In this document: in pieces, positions 33,101 to 46,522 of the stretch
Layout: each line of letters begins with the position of its first letter
Numbering within the stretch: the first letter of the stretch is position 1
Origin: Macrostomum lignano
Taxonomy: Eukaryota
Direction of reading: 5' to 3'
Length of the DNA: 64,000 nucleotides
NCBI GenBank assembly: GCA_002269645.1
Contig: NIVC01001993.1
Location: 124,001-188,000, forward strand
Translations under genes and position numbers: made by a program
The notes under the pieces: generated by a model
Seen by the model: the letters and a program-made list of their open reading frames with translations, nothing else
Databases searched by the model: none
What the model was told of the DNA's origin: nothing

Positions 33101-36100
33101 GAGAGCTGCTTCAGTTCTGTCTGTAGGTTATGTGGACCATTTAAGAGCCAGAGCCTCAAACAGACAGAAATCTGTTCGAGTTGTGTCTGTAGGTTAGGTG
33201 GACCAGCTACTCCACAGCACTTCTAGGCGATAATCCGAGCCAGGAATCTCCGAGAGCCTCTCGTTACACATCCAGATGTTCTGCCTTGATGCTGGACTAG
33301 CTCACTTTCTAGGAATCTGTTCTGATTGCATTCTAACAAACTGAAGCATTTTCTGCACTAAACTTTCTCGGTGGCTCTAAGAGCCAGAGCCTAAACAGAC
33401 AGAGAAATCTGCTCGAGTTGTGTCTGTAGGTTAGGTGGACCACCTTCTGAGAGACAAAGCCTCAAACAGACTGAGAGAGCTGCTTCAGTTCTGTTTGTAG
33501 GTTATGTGGACCATTTAAGAGCCAGAGCCTCAAACAGACAGAGAAATCTGTTCGAGTTGTGTCTGTAGGTTAGATGGACCAGCTATTCTACAGCACTTCT
33601 AGGCGATAATCTGAGCCAGGAATCTCCAAGAGCCTCTCGTTACACATCCAGATGTTCTGCCTTGATGCTGGACTAGCTCACTTTCTAGGAATCTGTTCTG
33701 ATTGCATTCTAACAAACTGAAGCATTCTCGGCACTAAACTTTCTCGGCGGCTCTGAGAGCCAGAGCCTCAAACAGACAGAGAAATCTGTTCGAGTTGTGT
33801 CTGTAGGTTAGGTGGACCAGCTATTCTACAGCACTTCTAGGCGATAATCTGAGCCAGGAATCTCCGAGAGCCTCTCGTTACACATCCAGATGTTCTGCCT
33901 TGATGCTGGACTAGCTCACTTTCTAGGAATCTGTTCTGATTACATTCTAACAAACTGAAGAATTCTCGGCACTAAACTTTCTCAGCGGCTCTGAGATCCA
34001 GAGCCTCAAACAGACAGAAATCTGTTCGAGTTGTGTCTGTAGGTTAGGTGGACCAGCTACTCCACAGCACTTCTAGGCGATAATCTGAGCCAGGAGTCTT
34101 CGAGAGACTTTCGTTACACATCCAGATGTTCTGCCTTGATGCTGGACTAGCTCACGTTCTAGGAATCTGTTCTGATTGCATTGTAACAAACTGAAGCATT
34201 TTCTGCACTAAACTTTCTCGGCGGCTCTAAGAGCCAGAGCCTAAACAGACAGAGAAATCTGCTCGAGTTGTGTCTGTAGGTTAGGTGGACCACCTTCTGA
34301 GAGACAAAGCCTCAAACAGACTGAGAGAGCTGCTTCAGTTCTGTCTGTAGGTTATGTGGACCATTTAAGAGCCAGAGCCTCAAACAGACAGAGAAATCTG
34401 TTCGAGTTGTGTCTGTAGGTTAGGTGGACCAGCTATTCTACAGCACTTCTAGGCGATAATCCGAGCCAGGAATCTCCGAGAGCCTCTCGTTACACATCCA
34501 GATGTTCTGCCTTGATGCTGGACTAGCTCACTTTCTAGGAATCTGTTCTGATTGCATTCTAACAAACTGAAGCATTTTCTGCACTAAACTTTCTCGGTGG
34601 CTCTAAGAGCCAGAGCCTAAACAGACAGAGAAATCTGCTCGAGTTGTGTCTGTAGGTTAGGTGGACCACCTTCTGAGAGACAAAGCCTCAAACAGACTGA
34701 GAGAGCTGCTTCAGTTCTGTCTGTAGGTTATGTGGACCATTTAAGAGCCAGAGCCTCAAACAGACAGAGAAATCTGTTCGAGTTGTGTCTTTAGGTTAGG
34801 TGGACCAGCTATTCTACAGCACTTCTAGGCGATAATCTGAGCCAGGAATCTCCAAGAGCCTCTCGTTACACATCCAGATGTTCTGCCTTGATGCTGGACT
34901 AGCTCACTTTCTAGGAATCTGTTCTGATTGCATTCTAACAAACTGAAGCATTCTCGGCACTAAATTTTCTCGGCGGCTCTGAGAGCCAGAGCCTCAAACA
35001 GACAGAGAAATCTGTTCGAGTTGTGTCTGTAGGTTAGGTGGACCAGCTATTCTACAGCACTTCTAGGCGATAATCTGAGCCAGGAATCTCCGAGAGCCTC
35101 TCGTTACACATCCAGATGTTCTGCCTTGATGCTGGACTAGCTTACTTTCTAGGAATCTGTTCTGATTACATTCTAACAAACTGAAGCATTCTCGGCACTA
35201 AACTTTCTCGGCGGCTCTGAGAGCCAGAGCCTCAAACAGACAGAAATCTGTTCGAGTTGTGTCTGTAGGTTAGGTGGACCAGCTACTCCACAGCACTTCT
35301 AGGCGATAATCTGAGCCAGGAGTCTTCGAGAGACTTTCGTTACACATCCAGATGTTCTGCCTTGATGCTGGACTAGCTCACTTTCTAGGAATCTGTTCTG
35401 ATTGCATTGTAACAAACTGAAGCATTTTCTGCACTAAACTTTCTCGGCGGCTCTAAGAGCCAGAGCCTAAACAGACAGAGAAATCTGCTCGAGTTGTGTC
35501 TGTAGGTTAGGTGGACCACCTTCTGAGAGACAAAGCCTCAAACAGACTGAGAGAGCTGCTTCAGTTCTGTCTGTAGGTTATGTGGACCATTTAAGAGCCA
35601 GAGCCTCAAACAGACAGAGAAATCTGTTCGAGTTGTGTCTGTAGGTTAGGTGGACCAGCTATTCTACAGCACTTCTAGGCGATAATCTGAGCCAGGAATC
35701 TCCGAGAGCCTCTCGTTACACATCCAGATGTTCTGCCTTGATGCTGGACTAGCTCACTTTCTAGGAATCTGTTCTGATTGCATTCTAACAAACTGAAGCA
35801 TTCTCGCACTAAACTTTCTCGGCGGCTCTGAGAGCCAGAGCCTAAACAGACAGAGAAATCTGTTCGAGTTGTGTCTGTAGGTTAGGTGGACCAGCTACTC
35901 CACAGCACTTCTAGGCGATAATCTGAGCCAGGAATCTCCGAGAGCCTCTCGTTACACATCAGATGTTCTGCCTTGATGCTGGACTAGCTCACTTTCTAGG
36001 AATCTGTTCTGATTGCATTCTAACAAACTGAAGCATTCTCGGCACTAAACTTTCTCGGCGGCTCTGAGAGCCAGAGCCTTAAACAGACAGAAATCTGTTC

Positions 36101-39100
36101 GAGTTGTGTCTGTAGGTTAGATGGACCAGCTATTCTACAGCACTTCTAGGCGATAATCTGAGCCAGGAATCTCCGAGAGCCTCTCGTTACACATCCAGAT
36201 GTTCTGCCTTGATGCTGGACTAGCTCACTTTCTAGGAATCTGTTCTGATTGCATTCTAACAAACTGAAGCATTCTCGGCACTAAACTTTCTCGGCGGCTC
36301 TGAGAGCCAGAGCCTCAAACAGACAGAGAAATCTGTTCGAGTTGTGTCTGTAGGTTAGGTGGACCAGCTATTCTACAGCACTTCTAGGCGATAATCTGAG
36401 CCAGGAATCTCCGAGAGCCTCTCGTTACACATCCAGATGTTCTGCCTTGATGCTGGACTAGCTCACTTTCTAAGAATCTGTTCTGATTGCATTCTAACAA
36501 ACTGAAGCATTTTCTGCACTAAACTTTCTCGGCGGCTCTAAGAGCCAGAGCCTAAACAGACAGAGAAATCTGCTCGAGTTGTGTCTGTAGGTTAGGTGGA
36601 CCACCTTCTGAGAGACAAAGCCTCAAACAGACTGAGAGAGCTGCTTCAGTTCTGTTTGTAGGTTATGTGGACCATTTAAGAGCCAGAGCCTCAAACAGAC
36701 AGAGAAATCTGTTCGAGTTGTGTCTGTAGGTTAGATGGACCAGCTATTCTACAGCACTTCTAGGCGATAATCTGAGCCAGGAATCTCCAAGAGCCTCTCG
36801 TTACACATCCAGATGTTCTGCCTTGATGCTGGACTAGCTCACTTTCTAGGAATCTGTTCTGATTGCATTCTAACAAACTGAAGCATTCTCGGCACTAAAC
36901 TTTCTCGGCGGCTCTGAGAGCCAGAGCCTCAAACAGACAGAGAAATCTGTTCGAGTTGTGTCTGTAGGTTAGGTGGACCAGCTATTCTACAGCACTTCTA
37001 GGCGATAATCTGAGCCAGGAATCTCCGAGAGCCTCTCGTTACACATCCAGATGTTCTGCCTTGATGCTGGACTAGCTCACTTTCTAGGAATCTGTTCTGA
37101 TTACATTCTAACAAACTGAAGAATTCTCGGCACTAAACTTTCTCAGCGGCTCTGAGATCCAGAGCCTCAAACAGACAGAAATCTGTTCGAGTTGTGTCTG
37201 TAGGTTAGGTGGACCAGCTACTCCACAGCACTTCTAGGCGATAATCTGAGCCAGGAGTCTTCGAGAGACTTTCGTTACACATCCAGATGTTCTGCCTTGA
37301 TGCTGGACTAGCTCACGTTCTAGGAATCTGTTCTGATTGCATTGTAACAAACTGAAGCATTTTCTGCACTAAACTTTCTCGGCGGCTCTAAGAGCCAGAG
37401 CCTAAACAGACAGAGAAATCTGCTCGAGTTGTGTCTGTAGGTTAGGTGGACCACCTTCTGAGAGACAAAGCCTCAAACAGACTGAGAGAGCTGCTTCAGT
37501 TCTGTCTGTAGGTTATGTGGACCATTTAAGAGCCAGAGCCTCAAACAGACAGAGAAATCTGTTCGAGTTGTGTCTGTAGGTTAGGTGGACCAGCTATTCT
37601 ACAGCACTTCTAGGCGATAATCCGAGCCAGGAATCTCCGAGAGCCTCTCGTTACACATCCAGATGTTCTGCCTTGATGCTGGACTAGCTCACTTTCTAGG
37701 AATCTGTTCTGATTGCATTCTAACAAACTGAAGCATTTTCTGCACTAAACTTTCTCGGTGGCTCTAAGAGCCAGAGCCTAAACAGACAGAGAAATCTGCT
37801 CGAGTTGTGTCTGTAGGTTAGGTGGACCACCTTCTGAGAGACAAAGCCTCAAACAGACTGAGAGAGCTGCTTCAGTTCTGTCTGTAGGTTATGTGGACCA
37901 TTTAAGAGCCAGAGCCTCAAACAGACAGAGAAATCTGTTCGAGTTGTGTCTTTAGGTTAGGTGGACCAGCTATTCTACAGCACTTCTAGGCGATAATCTG
38001 AGCCAGGAATCTCCAAGAGCCTCTCGTTACACATCCAGATGTTCTGCCTTGATGCTGGACTAGCTCACTTTCTAGGAATCTGTTCTGATTGCATTCTAAC
38101 AAACTGAAGCATTCTCGGCACTAAATTTCTCGGCGGCTCTGAGAGCCAGAGCCTCAAACAGACAGAGAAATCTGTTCGAGTTGTGTCTGTAGGTTAGGTG
38201 GACCAGCTATTCTACAGCACTTCTAGGCGATAATCTGAGCCAGGAATCTCCGAGAGCCTCTCGTTACACATCCAGATGTTCTGCCTTGATGCTGGACTAG
38301 CTTACTTTCTAGGAATCTGTTCTGATTACATTCTAACAAACTGAAGCATTCTCGGCACTAAACTTTCTCGGCGGCTCTGAGAGCCAGAGCCTAAACAGAC
38401 AGAGAAATCTGTTCGAGTTGTGTCTGTAGGTTAGGTGGACCAGCTACTCCACAGCACTTCTAGGCGATAATCTGAGCCAGGAATCTCCGAGAGCCTCTCG
38501 TTACACATCCAGATGTTCTGCCTTGATGCTGGACTAGCTCACTTTCTAGGAATCTGTTCTGATTGCATTCTAACAAACTGAAGCATTCTCGCACTAAACT
38601 TTCTCGGCGGCTCTAAGAGCCAGAGCCTAAACAGACAGAGAAATCTGCTCGAGTTGTGTCTGTAGGTTAGGTGGACCACCTTCTGAGAGACAAAGCCTCA
38701 AACAGACTGAGAGAGCTGCTTCAGTTCTGTCTGTAGGTTATGTGGACCATTTAAGAGCCAGAGCCTCAAACAGACAGAGAAATCTGTTCGAGTTGTGTCT
38801 GTAGGTTAGGTGGACCAGCTATTCTACAGCACTTCTAGGCGATAATCTGAGCCAGGAATCTCCGAGAGCCTCTCGTTACACATCCAGATGTTCTGCCTTG
38901 ATGCTGGACTAGCTCACTTTCTAGGAATCTGTTCTGATTGCATTCTAACAAACTGAAGCATTCTCGGCACTAAACTTTCTCGGCGGCTCTGAGAGCCAGA
39001 GCCTAAACAGACAGAGAAATCTGTTCGAGTTGTGTCTGTAGGTTAGGTGGACCAGCTACTCCACAGCACTTCTAGGCGATAATCTGAGCCAGGAATCTCC

Positions 39101-42100
39101 GAGAGCCTCTCGTTACACATCCAGATGTTCTGCCTTGATGCTGGACTAGCTCACTTTCTAGGAATCTGTTCTGATTGCATTCTAACAAACTGAAGCATTC
39201 TCGGCATTAAACTTTCTCGGCGGCTCTGAGAGCCAGAGCCTTAAACAGACAGAAATCTGTTCGAGTTGTGTCTGTAGGTTAGATGGACCAGCTATTCTAC
39301 AGCACTTCTAGGCGATAATCTGAGCCAGGAATCTCCGAGAGCCTCTCGTTACACATCCAGATGTTCTGCCTTGATGCTGGACTAGCTCACTTTCTAGGAA
39401 TCTGTTCTGATTGCATTCTAACAAACTGAAGCATTCTCGGCACTAAACTTTCTCGGCGGCTCTGAGAGCCAGAGCCTCAAACAGACAGAGAAATCTGTTC
39501 GAGTTGTGTCTGTAGGTTAGGTGGACCAGCTATTCTACAGCACTTCTAGGCGATAATCTGAGCCAGGAATCTCCGAGAGCCTCTCGTTACACATCCAGAT
39601 GTTCTGCCTTGATGCTGGACTAGCTCACTTTCTAAGAATCTGTTCTGATTGCATTCTAACAAACTGAAGCATTTTCTGCACTAAACTTTCTCGGCGGCTC
39701 TAAGAGCCAGAGCCTAAACAGACAGAGAAATCTGCTCGAGTTGTGTCTGTAGGTTAGGTGGACCACCTTCTGAGAGACAAAGCCTCAAACAGACTGAGAG
39801 AGCTGCTTCAGTTCTGTCTGTAGGTTATGTGGACCATTTAAGAGCCAGAGCCTCAAACAGACAGAGAAATCTGTTCGAGTTGTGTCTGTAGGTTAGGTGG
39901 ACCAGCTATTCTACAGCACTTCTAGGCGATAATCCGAGCCAGGAATCTCTAAGAGCCTCTCGTTACGCATCCAGATGTTCTGCCTTGATGCTGGACTAGC
40001 TCACTTTCTAGGAATCTGTTCTGATTGCATTCTAACAAACTGAAGCATTCTCGGCACTAAACTTTCTCGGCGGCTCTAAGAGCCAGAGCCTCAAACAGAC
40101 AGAGAAATCTGTTCGAGTTGTGTCTGTAAGTTAGATGGACCAGCTATTCTACAGCACTTCTAGGCGATAATCTGAGCCAGGAATCTCCGAGAGCCTCTCG
40201 TTACACATCCAGATGTTCTGCCTTGATGCTGGACTAGCTCACTTTCTAGGAATCTGTTCTGATTGCATTCTAACAAACTGAAGCATTCTCGGCACTAAAC
40301 TTTCTCGGCGGCTCTGAGAGCCAGAGCCTCAAACAGACAGAGAAATCTGTTCGAGTTGTGTCTGTAGGTTAGGTGGACCAGCTACTCCACAGCACTTCTA
40401 GGCGATAATCTGAGCCAGGAATCTTCAAGAGACTTTCGTTACACATCCAGATGTTCTGCCTTGATGCTGGACTAGCTCACTTTCTAGGAATCTGTTCTGA
40501 TTGCATTCTAACAAACTGAAGCATTCTCGGCACTAAATTTTCTCGGCGGTTCTGAGAGCCAGAGCTTCAAACAGACAGAGAAATCTGTTCGAGTTGTGTC
40601 TGTAGGTTAGGTGGACCAGCTATTCTACAGCACTTCTAGGCGATAATCCGAGCCAGGAATCTCCGAGAGCCTCTCGTTACACATCCAGATGTTCTGCCTT
40701 GATGCTGGACTAGCTCACTTTCTAAGAATCTGTTCTGATTGCATTCTAACAAACTGAAGCATTCTCGGCACTAAATTTTCTCGGCGGCTCTGAGAGCCAG
40801 AGCCTCAAACAGACAGAAATCTGTTCGAGTTGTGTCTGTAGGTTAGGTGGACCAGCTATTCTACAGCACTTCTAGGCGATAATCCGAGCCAGGAGTCTCC
40901 GAGAGCCTCTCGTTACACATCCAGATGTTCTGCCTTGATGCTGGACTAGCTCACTTTCTAGGAATCTGTTCTGATTGCATTCTAACAAACTGAAGCATTT
41001 TCTGCACTAAACTTTCTCGGCGGCTCTGAGAGCCAGAGCCCTAAACAGACAGAGAAATCTGTTCGAGTTGTGTCTGTAGGTTAGGTGGACCACCTTCTGA
41101 GAGACAAAGCCTCAAACAGACTGAGAGAGCTGCTTCAGTTCTGTCTGTAGGTTATGTGGACCACCTAATAGCCAGAGCTCTAAACAGACAGAGAAATCTG
41201 TTCGAGTTGTGTCTGTAGGTTAGGTGGACCAGCTATTCTATAGCACTTCTAGGCGATAATCTGAGCCAGGAATCTCCGAGAGCCTCTCGTTACACATCCA
41301 GATGTTCTGCCTTGATGCTGGACTAGCTCACTTTCTAGGAATATGTTCTGATTGCATTCTAACAAACTGAAGCATTCTCGGCACTAAACTTTCTCAGCGG
41401 CTCTGAGAGCCAGAGCCTCAAACAGACAGAGAAATCTGTTCGAGTTGTGTCTGTAGGTTAGGTGGACCAGCTTCTCTACAGCAATTGAGTTGCAGGCCTT
41501 GCAGCTAGCTACTTTGAGATCATCAAACGAAACTCACTTTTCTGGACTCGGTGTCGACGGATTTGCGAGCAGACTGATGATTTTCACCAGGCGATGCGGC
41601 TTCTTCGATTTCGCAGTGGCTTTTTGCGACGGTGTTTTTTTAGTTTTTATTTTAGGCTTGGCGTCCTTTTTTGCGGGTCATCATATCTTGGTTGTAGATT
41701 ACAGTTTTTGGCACAATAAATTTATATATGGATGAAACTTGGAGTAATGATTAACATTAGACCTATTAAGTATAAAAAACCGTTCTAATTTATACAATTG
41801 CAATCCTTTAGAGTTGTATAGTATGGATTATAAGTACTTTCTTTTAAACTGTCTGTGTCTGGTCTCACTACGCCATGGTTTACGTGGACCACCCGCTTAG
41901 ACATTATATATCCCTCTCTCCACTGTCTTACCTTCAGAACGCTTGCGGGTTTCCTATTGGCTGCGGTCGGTCCCATTGTTGGGGTGGATCTATCCTCCTA
42001 AGTGTTAACCAGCCAATTATAGAAAGGGAGGTCTGTCTGTCTGTCTGTTCCAACCCTATACTCCTGCACATGTGTTTACGTGGACCAAACAGACAGTGAG

Positions 42101-43210
42101 TGTTAGGCTGACTGTTAATGCGTTCTTAGTTTTACTGGGACCGCAATCAAGTCGACCTTTTGCTAGAGAGTCAGAGACCCAATCGCTAGCTAAAAGGCCC
42201 TTCTTAATTGCGTCCTCTTGATCAAATCTTTTGCATGTACATGTATGAATTGTCCTTTTCAATTAGGTAAATTGCATCTTCAACTTTGCACTTGAAAGGC
42301 TGCAGCTTAGGATCTTCTTCTTCCAACATTGGAGGAGGATAGAACAGGATATCCCATAGTGTTTAGGATAGAATTGGCAAGCACTTAATTCATGAAGTTG
42401 CTATTTTCTTCTTGTGTAATGGTAGAGCCTCAGAAATTCGCATTTACACAGTGTGGCTATCAAGGACCACTGGGAGTTCTTGAGAAGTCATTGAAGAATA
42501 CTATTTAGGCTTCACTTAAATATCTTTCTTGTCTCGGAGTCTTTATCGTTTGATCTGGTTAGCGAATTGGATTTCTTTACGTTGGTGTCTTACTCTGTGA
42601 GTCTGTGCTCAGAGTACGATACCGAAATTGCTGGAACTGAGCTAATTAAATGGAGTTTAAAGTTTACTGTATCAAATTCATTTCGCATACGAGGTTTCAG
42701 AATTTAACCTGCGTACCTACTTGAATGTCAAAGATGTTGAACGCATATTGTTTTAAAGCCAGTGGCGGTCATAATATGATGTTAACATAGCCATTTGTTC
42801 GTAAGGTAATGATCTGTAAAAAATTCAGTTTTGCATCGAATATATGCTTAATAACTGCTATACACAAACAGACACAAACAGACACAAACAGACACAAACA
42901 GACGATTTTCGAAAAATTTTCTAAAATTTTTCGGTTTACGTGGACCAGACTCGCTCAGTTTAGGTAGACCAGGCTGGAGGTCCAGCTAAACTGAAATGCA
43001 AATAACTTTGGAAAAAACCATGCTAGACATCCCAAAATTGCTTAAGCCTTTCTTGACCCGCCTGACATTAATGTGAGATCCTCATCAACGTCTTAACCCC
43101 ACCAGAGACAAAATTATTTGGTGGTCCACCTAAGTGGTCTACCTACACCGGGTGGTCCAGCTAACGAGGCTACTAAACTTCCAAAAAGTCCACGTAAACA
43201 CACAGACAGT
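30175..43210. mobile_element. Candidate ~13-kb non-autonomous DNA element with 23-bp terminal inverted repeats and an expanded internal satellite
   Basis: Left 30175-30197 ACTGTCTGTGTGTTTAGCGGGAC versus reverse complement of 43188-43210 ACTGTCTGTGTGTTTACGTGGAC (20/23). The TTA(C/G)GTGGACC motif recurs near both ends in opposite orientations. No TSD or transposase was seen. Confidence 0.5.
31240..41480. repeat. ~10.2-kb higher-order satellite of ~238-bp units interspersed with ~138-bp units (two ~69-bp subunits)
   Basis: Unit starts at 31301, 31539, 31777, 32013 and 32151. Rare variants recur 3161 bp apart (33961/37122 and 34153/37314). Confidence 0.97.
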
Positions 43211-43213
43211 AGA

Positions 43214-43441
<228 letters not shown>

Positions 43442-43532
43442 ACTGAGAGACACTCGGAAAAGACCTTAAATCCCATCTAACAAAACGCAGATTCACAATA
43501 ACCCCAATAACCATGGCAACGCAATTCCGCAG

Positions 43533-43647
43533 GCAGAGCGGCGCCGACTCTGTCCGGGACTTCCTGGAGAGCCGCGAGCTGACAGCCAGCGCCAGGCGCT
43601 ACGCCGATCAGCTGATAGACAGGTACCTGACTCACGAATCCGACTGA
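43533..43647 (+). CDS. Coiled-coil protein, exon 5 (terminal)
   Basis: Acceptor AATTCCGCAG|G; CA+G=Gln restores the frame; QSGADSVRDFLESRELTASARRYADQLIDRYLTHESD*; GC-rich island in AT-rich surroundings. Confidence 0.75.
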
Positions 43648-44146
43648 AGTATTTCTCTCATCTAGCTGTTTTTGCCTGTACTTTATCTGATCTCCTACAA
43701 GGCTATAAACTGCATAGGCGTACATGTATTAGTCTCTATTCCAATTCTCTGCTATACTACTTACCAAATTTGTCAAATTATGCTATTCTTATTATTAATC
43801 TTGACTTGTAATAGTTAATTTTGTTTTTATGAATAATTTCTCTTCTGTCATATCTGATTAATAACTTTTCTACTCAAATTTGATGGCGGACTGCGATAGC
43901 TGTGATAAAATGTACTTTAAACTCACAGGTTAGTAGTATATGTAGACTAAAGATATTATTTTTCAAATCTTTTATGTATTTCAAGTCTATAGAATCATTT
44001 ATTTTACTTGCCTGTTTAAAGACTACGAGTATAAATAATGTAGGGCTTCAATAAAATCATTTAGTTTGATTTCACTCGGTTAGCGCGAGCTGGACTCACA
44101 GCTGCCCACTGCTTCTCATCATCTATACCTCTTTCTATCACTATCG

Positions 44147-44727
44147 TGTCTGTCACTCTTCTGCCTGTCACTCTCCTGTCTGTCACTCTCCTGCCTGTCA
44201 CTCTCCTGTCTGTCACTCTCCTGTCTGTCACTCTTCTGTCTGTCACTCTTCTGTCTGTCACTCTTCTGTCTGTCACTCTCCTGTCTGTCACTCTCCTGTC
44301 TGTCACTCTTCTGCTCTTCTGCCTTTCACTCTCCTGTCTGTCACTCTCCTGTCTGTCACTCTCCTGTCTGTCACTCTCCTGTCTGTCACTCTCCTGTCGG
44401 TCACTCTCCTGTCTGTCACTCTCCTGTCTGTCACTCTCCTGTCTGTCACTCTTCTGCTCTTCTGCCTTTCACTCTCCTGTCTGTCACTCTCCTGTCTGTC
44501 ACTCTTCTGTCTGTTACTCTCCTGTCTGTCACTCTCCTGTCTGTCACTCTCCTGTCTATCACTCTCCTGTCTGTCACTCTTCTGTCTGTTACTCTCCTGT
44601 CTGTCACTCTTCTGTCTGTCACTCTTCTGTCTGTCACTCTCCTGTCTGTCACTCTCCTGTCTGTCACTCTTCTGTCTGTCACTCTCCTGTCTGTCACTTT
44701 CTTGTTTTTCACTCTCCCGTCGGTCAC
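44147..44727. repeat. 15-bp minisatellite (CTGTCTGTCACTCTC)
   Basis: Direct reading. Confidence 0.95.
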
Positions 44728-45177
44728 ACTCATTCTTGTCTGCCAGTTTTCACCACCGATATCACACGCCATTTGTTTTACGCTTATGCAAACCCTTTCT
44801 TGAAGAAGACGAATTTCAGCTCACACTTGTCATCAATAATGAGTCAGGCTGCTTTATCACCGACATTTGGTGTCCATCAAATAGTTCGGTGTTCAAAATA
44901 ATCACGATATGCTTCAGTTGTCTTTGTTAGCCGTCTTCTCATCTTCCTCAGTGCCTTCATTTGGTGCACAGCTCACGACTCAAACCGAGGCCAATCACCC
45001 TGCACTCTCCATCTTGACTAGAAAGTTTGCGCTGGTAACGCTATAATGTGGGTGTAGCTCACCCTACTGCACTACCTTGGAGGATAAATCTTCTGATGTA
45101 CTAAATCCAATATACCCTATTTTTGTTAATGTTGTTATTGCCGACTAACTGGACTTCTCTTTCACTTGACTTGAGAT

Positions 45178-45756
<579 letters not shown>

Positions 45757-46522
45757 CGACTCAGAACTTTATGCTCGGAAGCAAGTGGACAGCAACTGTC
45801 ACTCAACTGATTCGCAATTGTAAAAAGCTGGCAAGAAAGCATTTCCCTTGACTGTTCCCTGAATGATGAATTAATGCTAAAATTAACAGCCGCTCAATGG
45901 GACACTGGAGGAAGTGACAGAGATTGGTGCAGTTAATTCCTTTACAAAGAATATTCAAATACTTGCACAAAGAATTCAAGCAAAGTGCGTTTTGCTGTTG
46001 GAATGTTGTGAGCAATTTCCGAGTGACACGAGTTCGCTGTACTCACTTGCATTGAAACCAACTTTATCCAGTCGAAAAAAAATTCTGAAAAGAACTTCAA
46101 CGAGCTTTTCGATTCAGCCGTCTTTGTTGCAAAAATTGTAATCACCATTTATTTCATGCATCTCATCGTTAATATCAGCTACTTATGAATGAGTAGTCAG
46201 TTATGGAAGATAGGTAGCTACTAGATTTCTAGTAAGGTGCAAGGCTAGCTAAATAAAAGATAAAATAGTCTACAGGAATTCAGTCTGTAGCTAAATAAAG
46301 AAACATGGAAGCTGATTCCAAGGCACTGCTGTAGAAAACTACCAAAAATGATTAATACAAATAGATAGTCATTTTTAATATTTCAAAATTATATATGCCA
46401 TTGATCATTAAAACAAAAACAAAAAAGCAAAATGCTTTCTTTGCAACATGTTGGGCAGGCCCCTGGGGTTTTGTTAGCTTTAAAATATGTAAAAGGGCCA
46501 AGGAGTTGGGTCGGCATGCACT

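Noticed and set aside
31240-41480. Core-plus-spacer layout resembling a CRISPR array
   Set aside because: The intervening segments are near-identical rather than unique, there are no cas genes, and the context is a eukaryotic intron.
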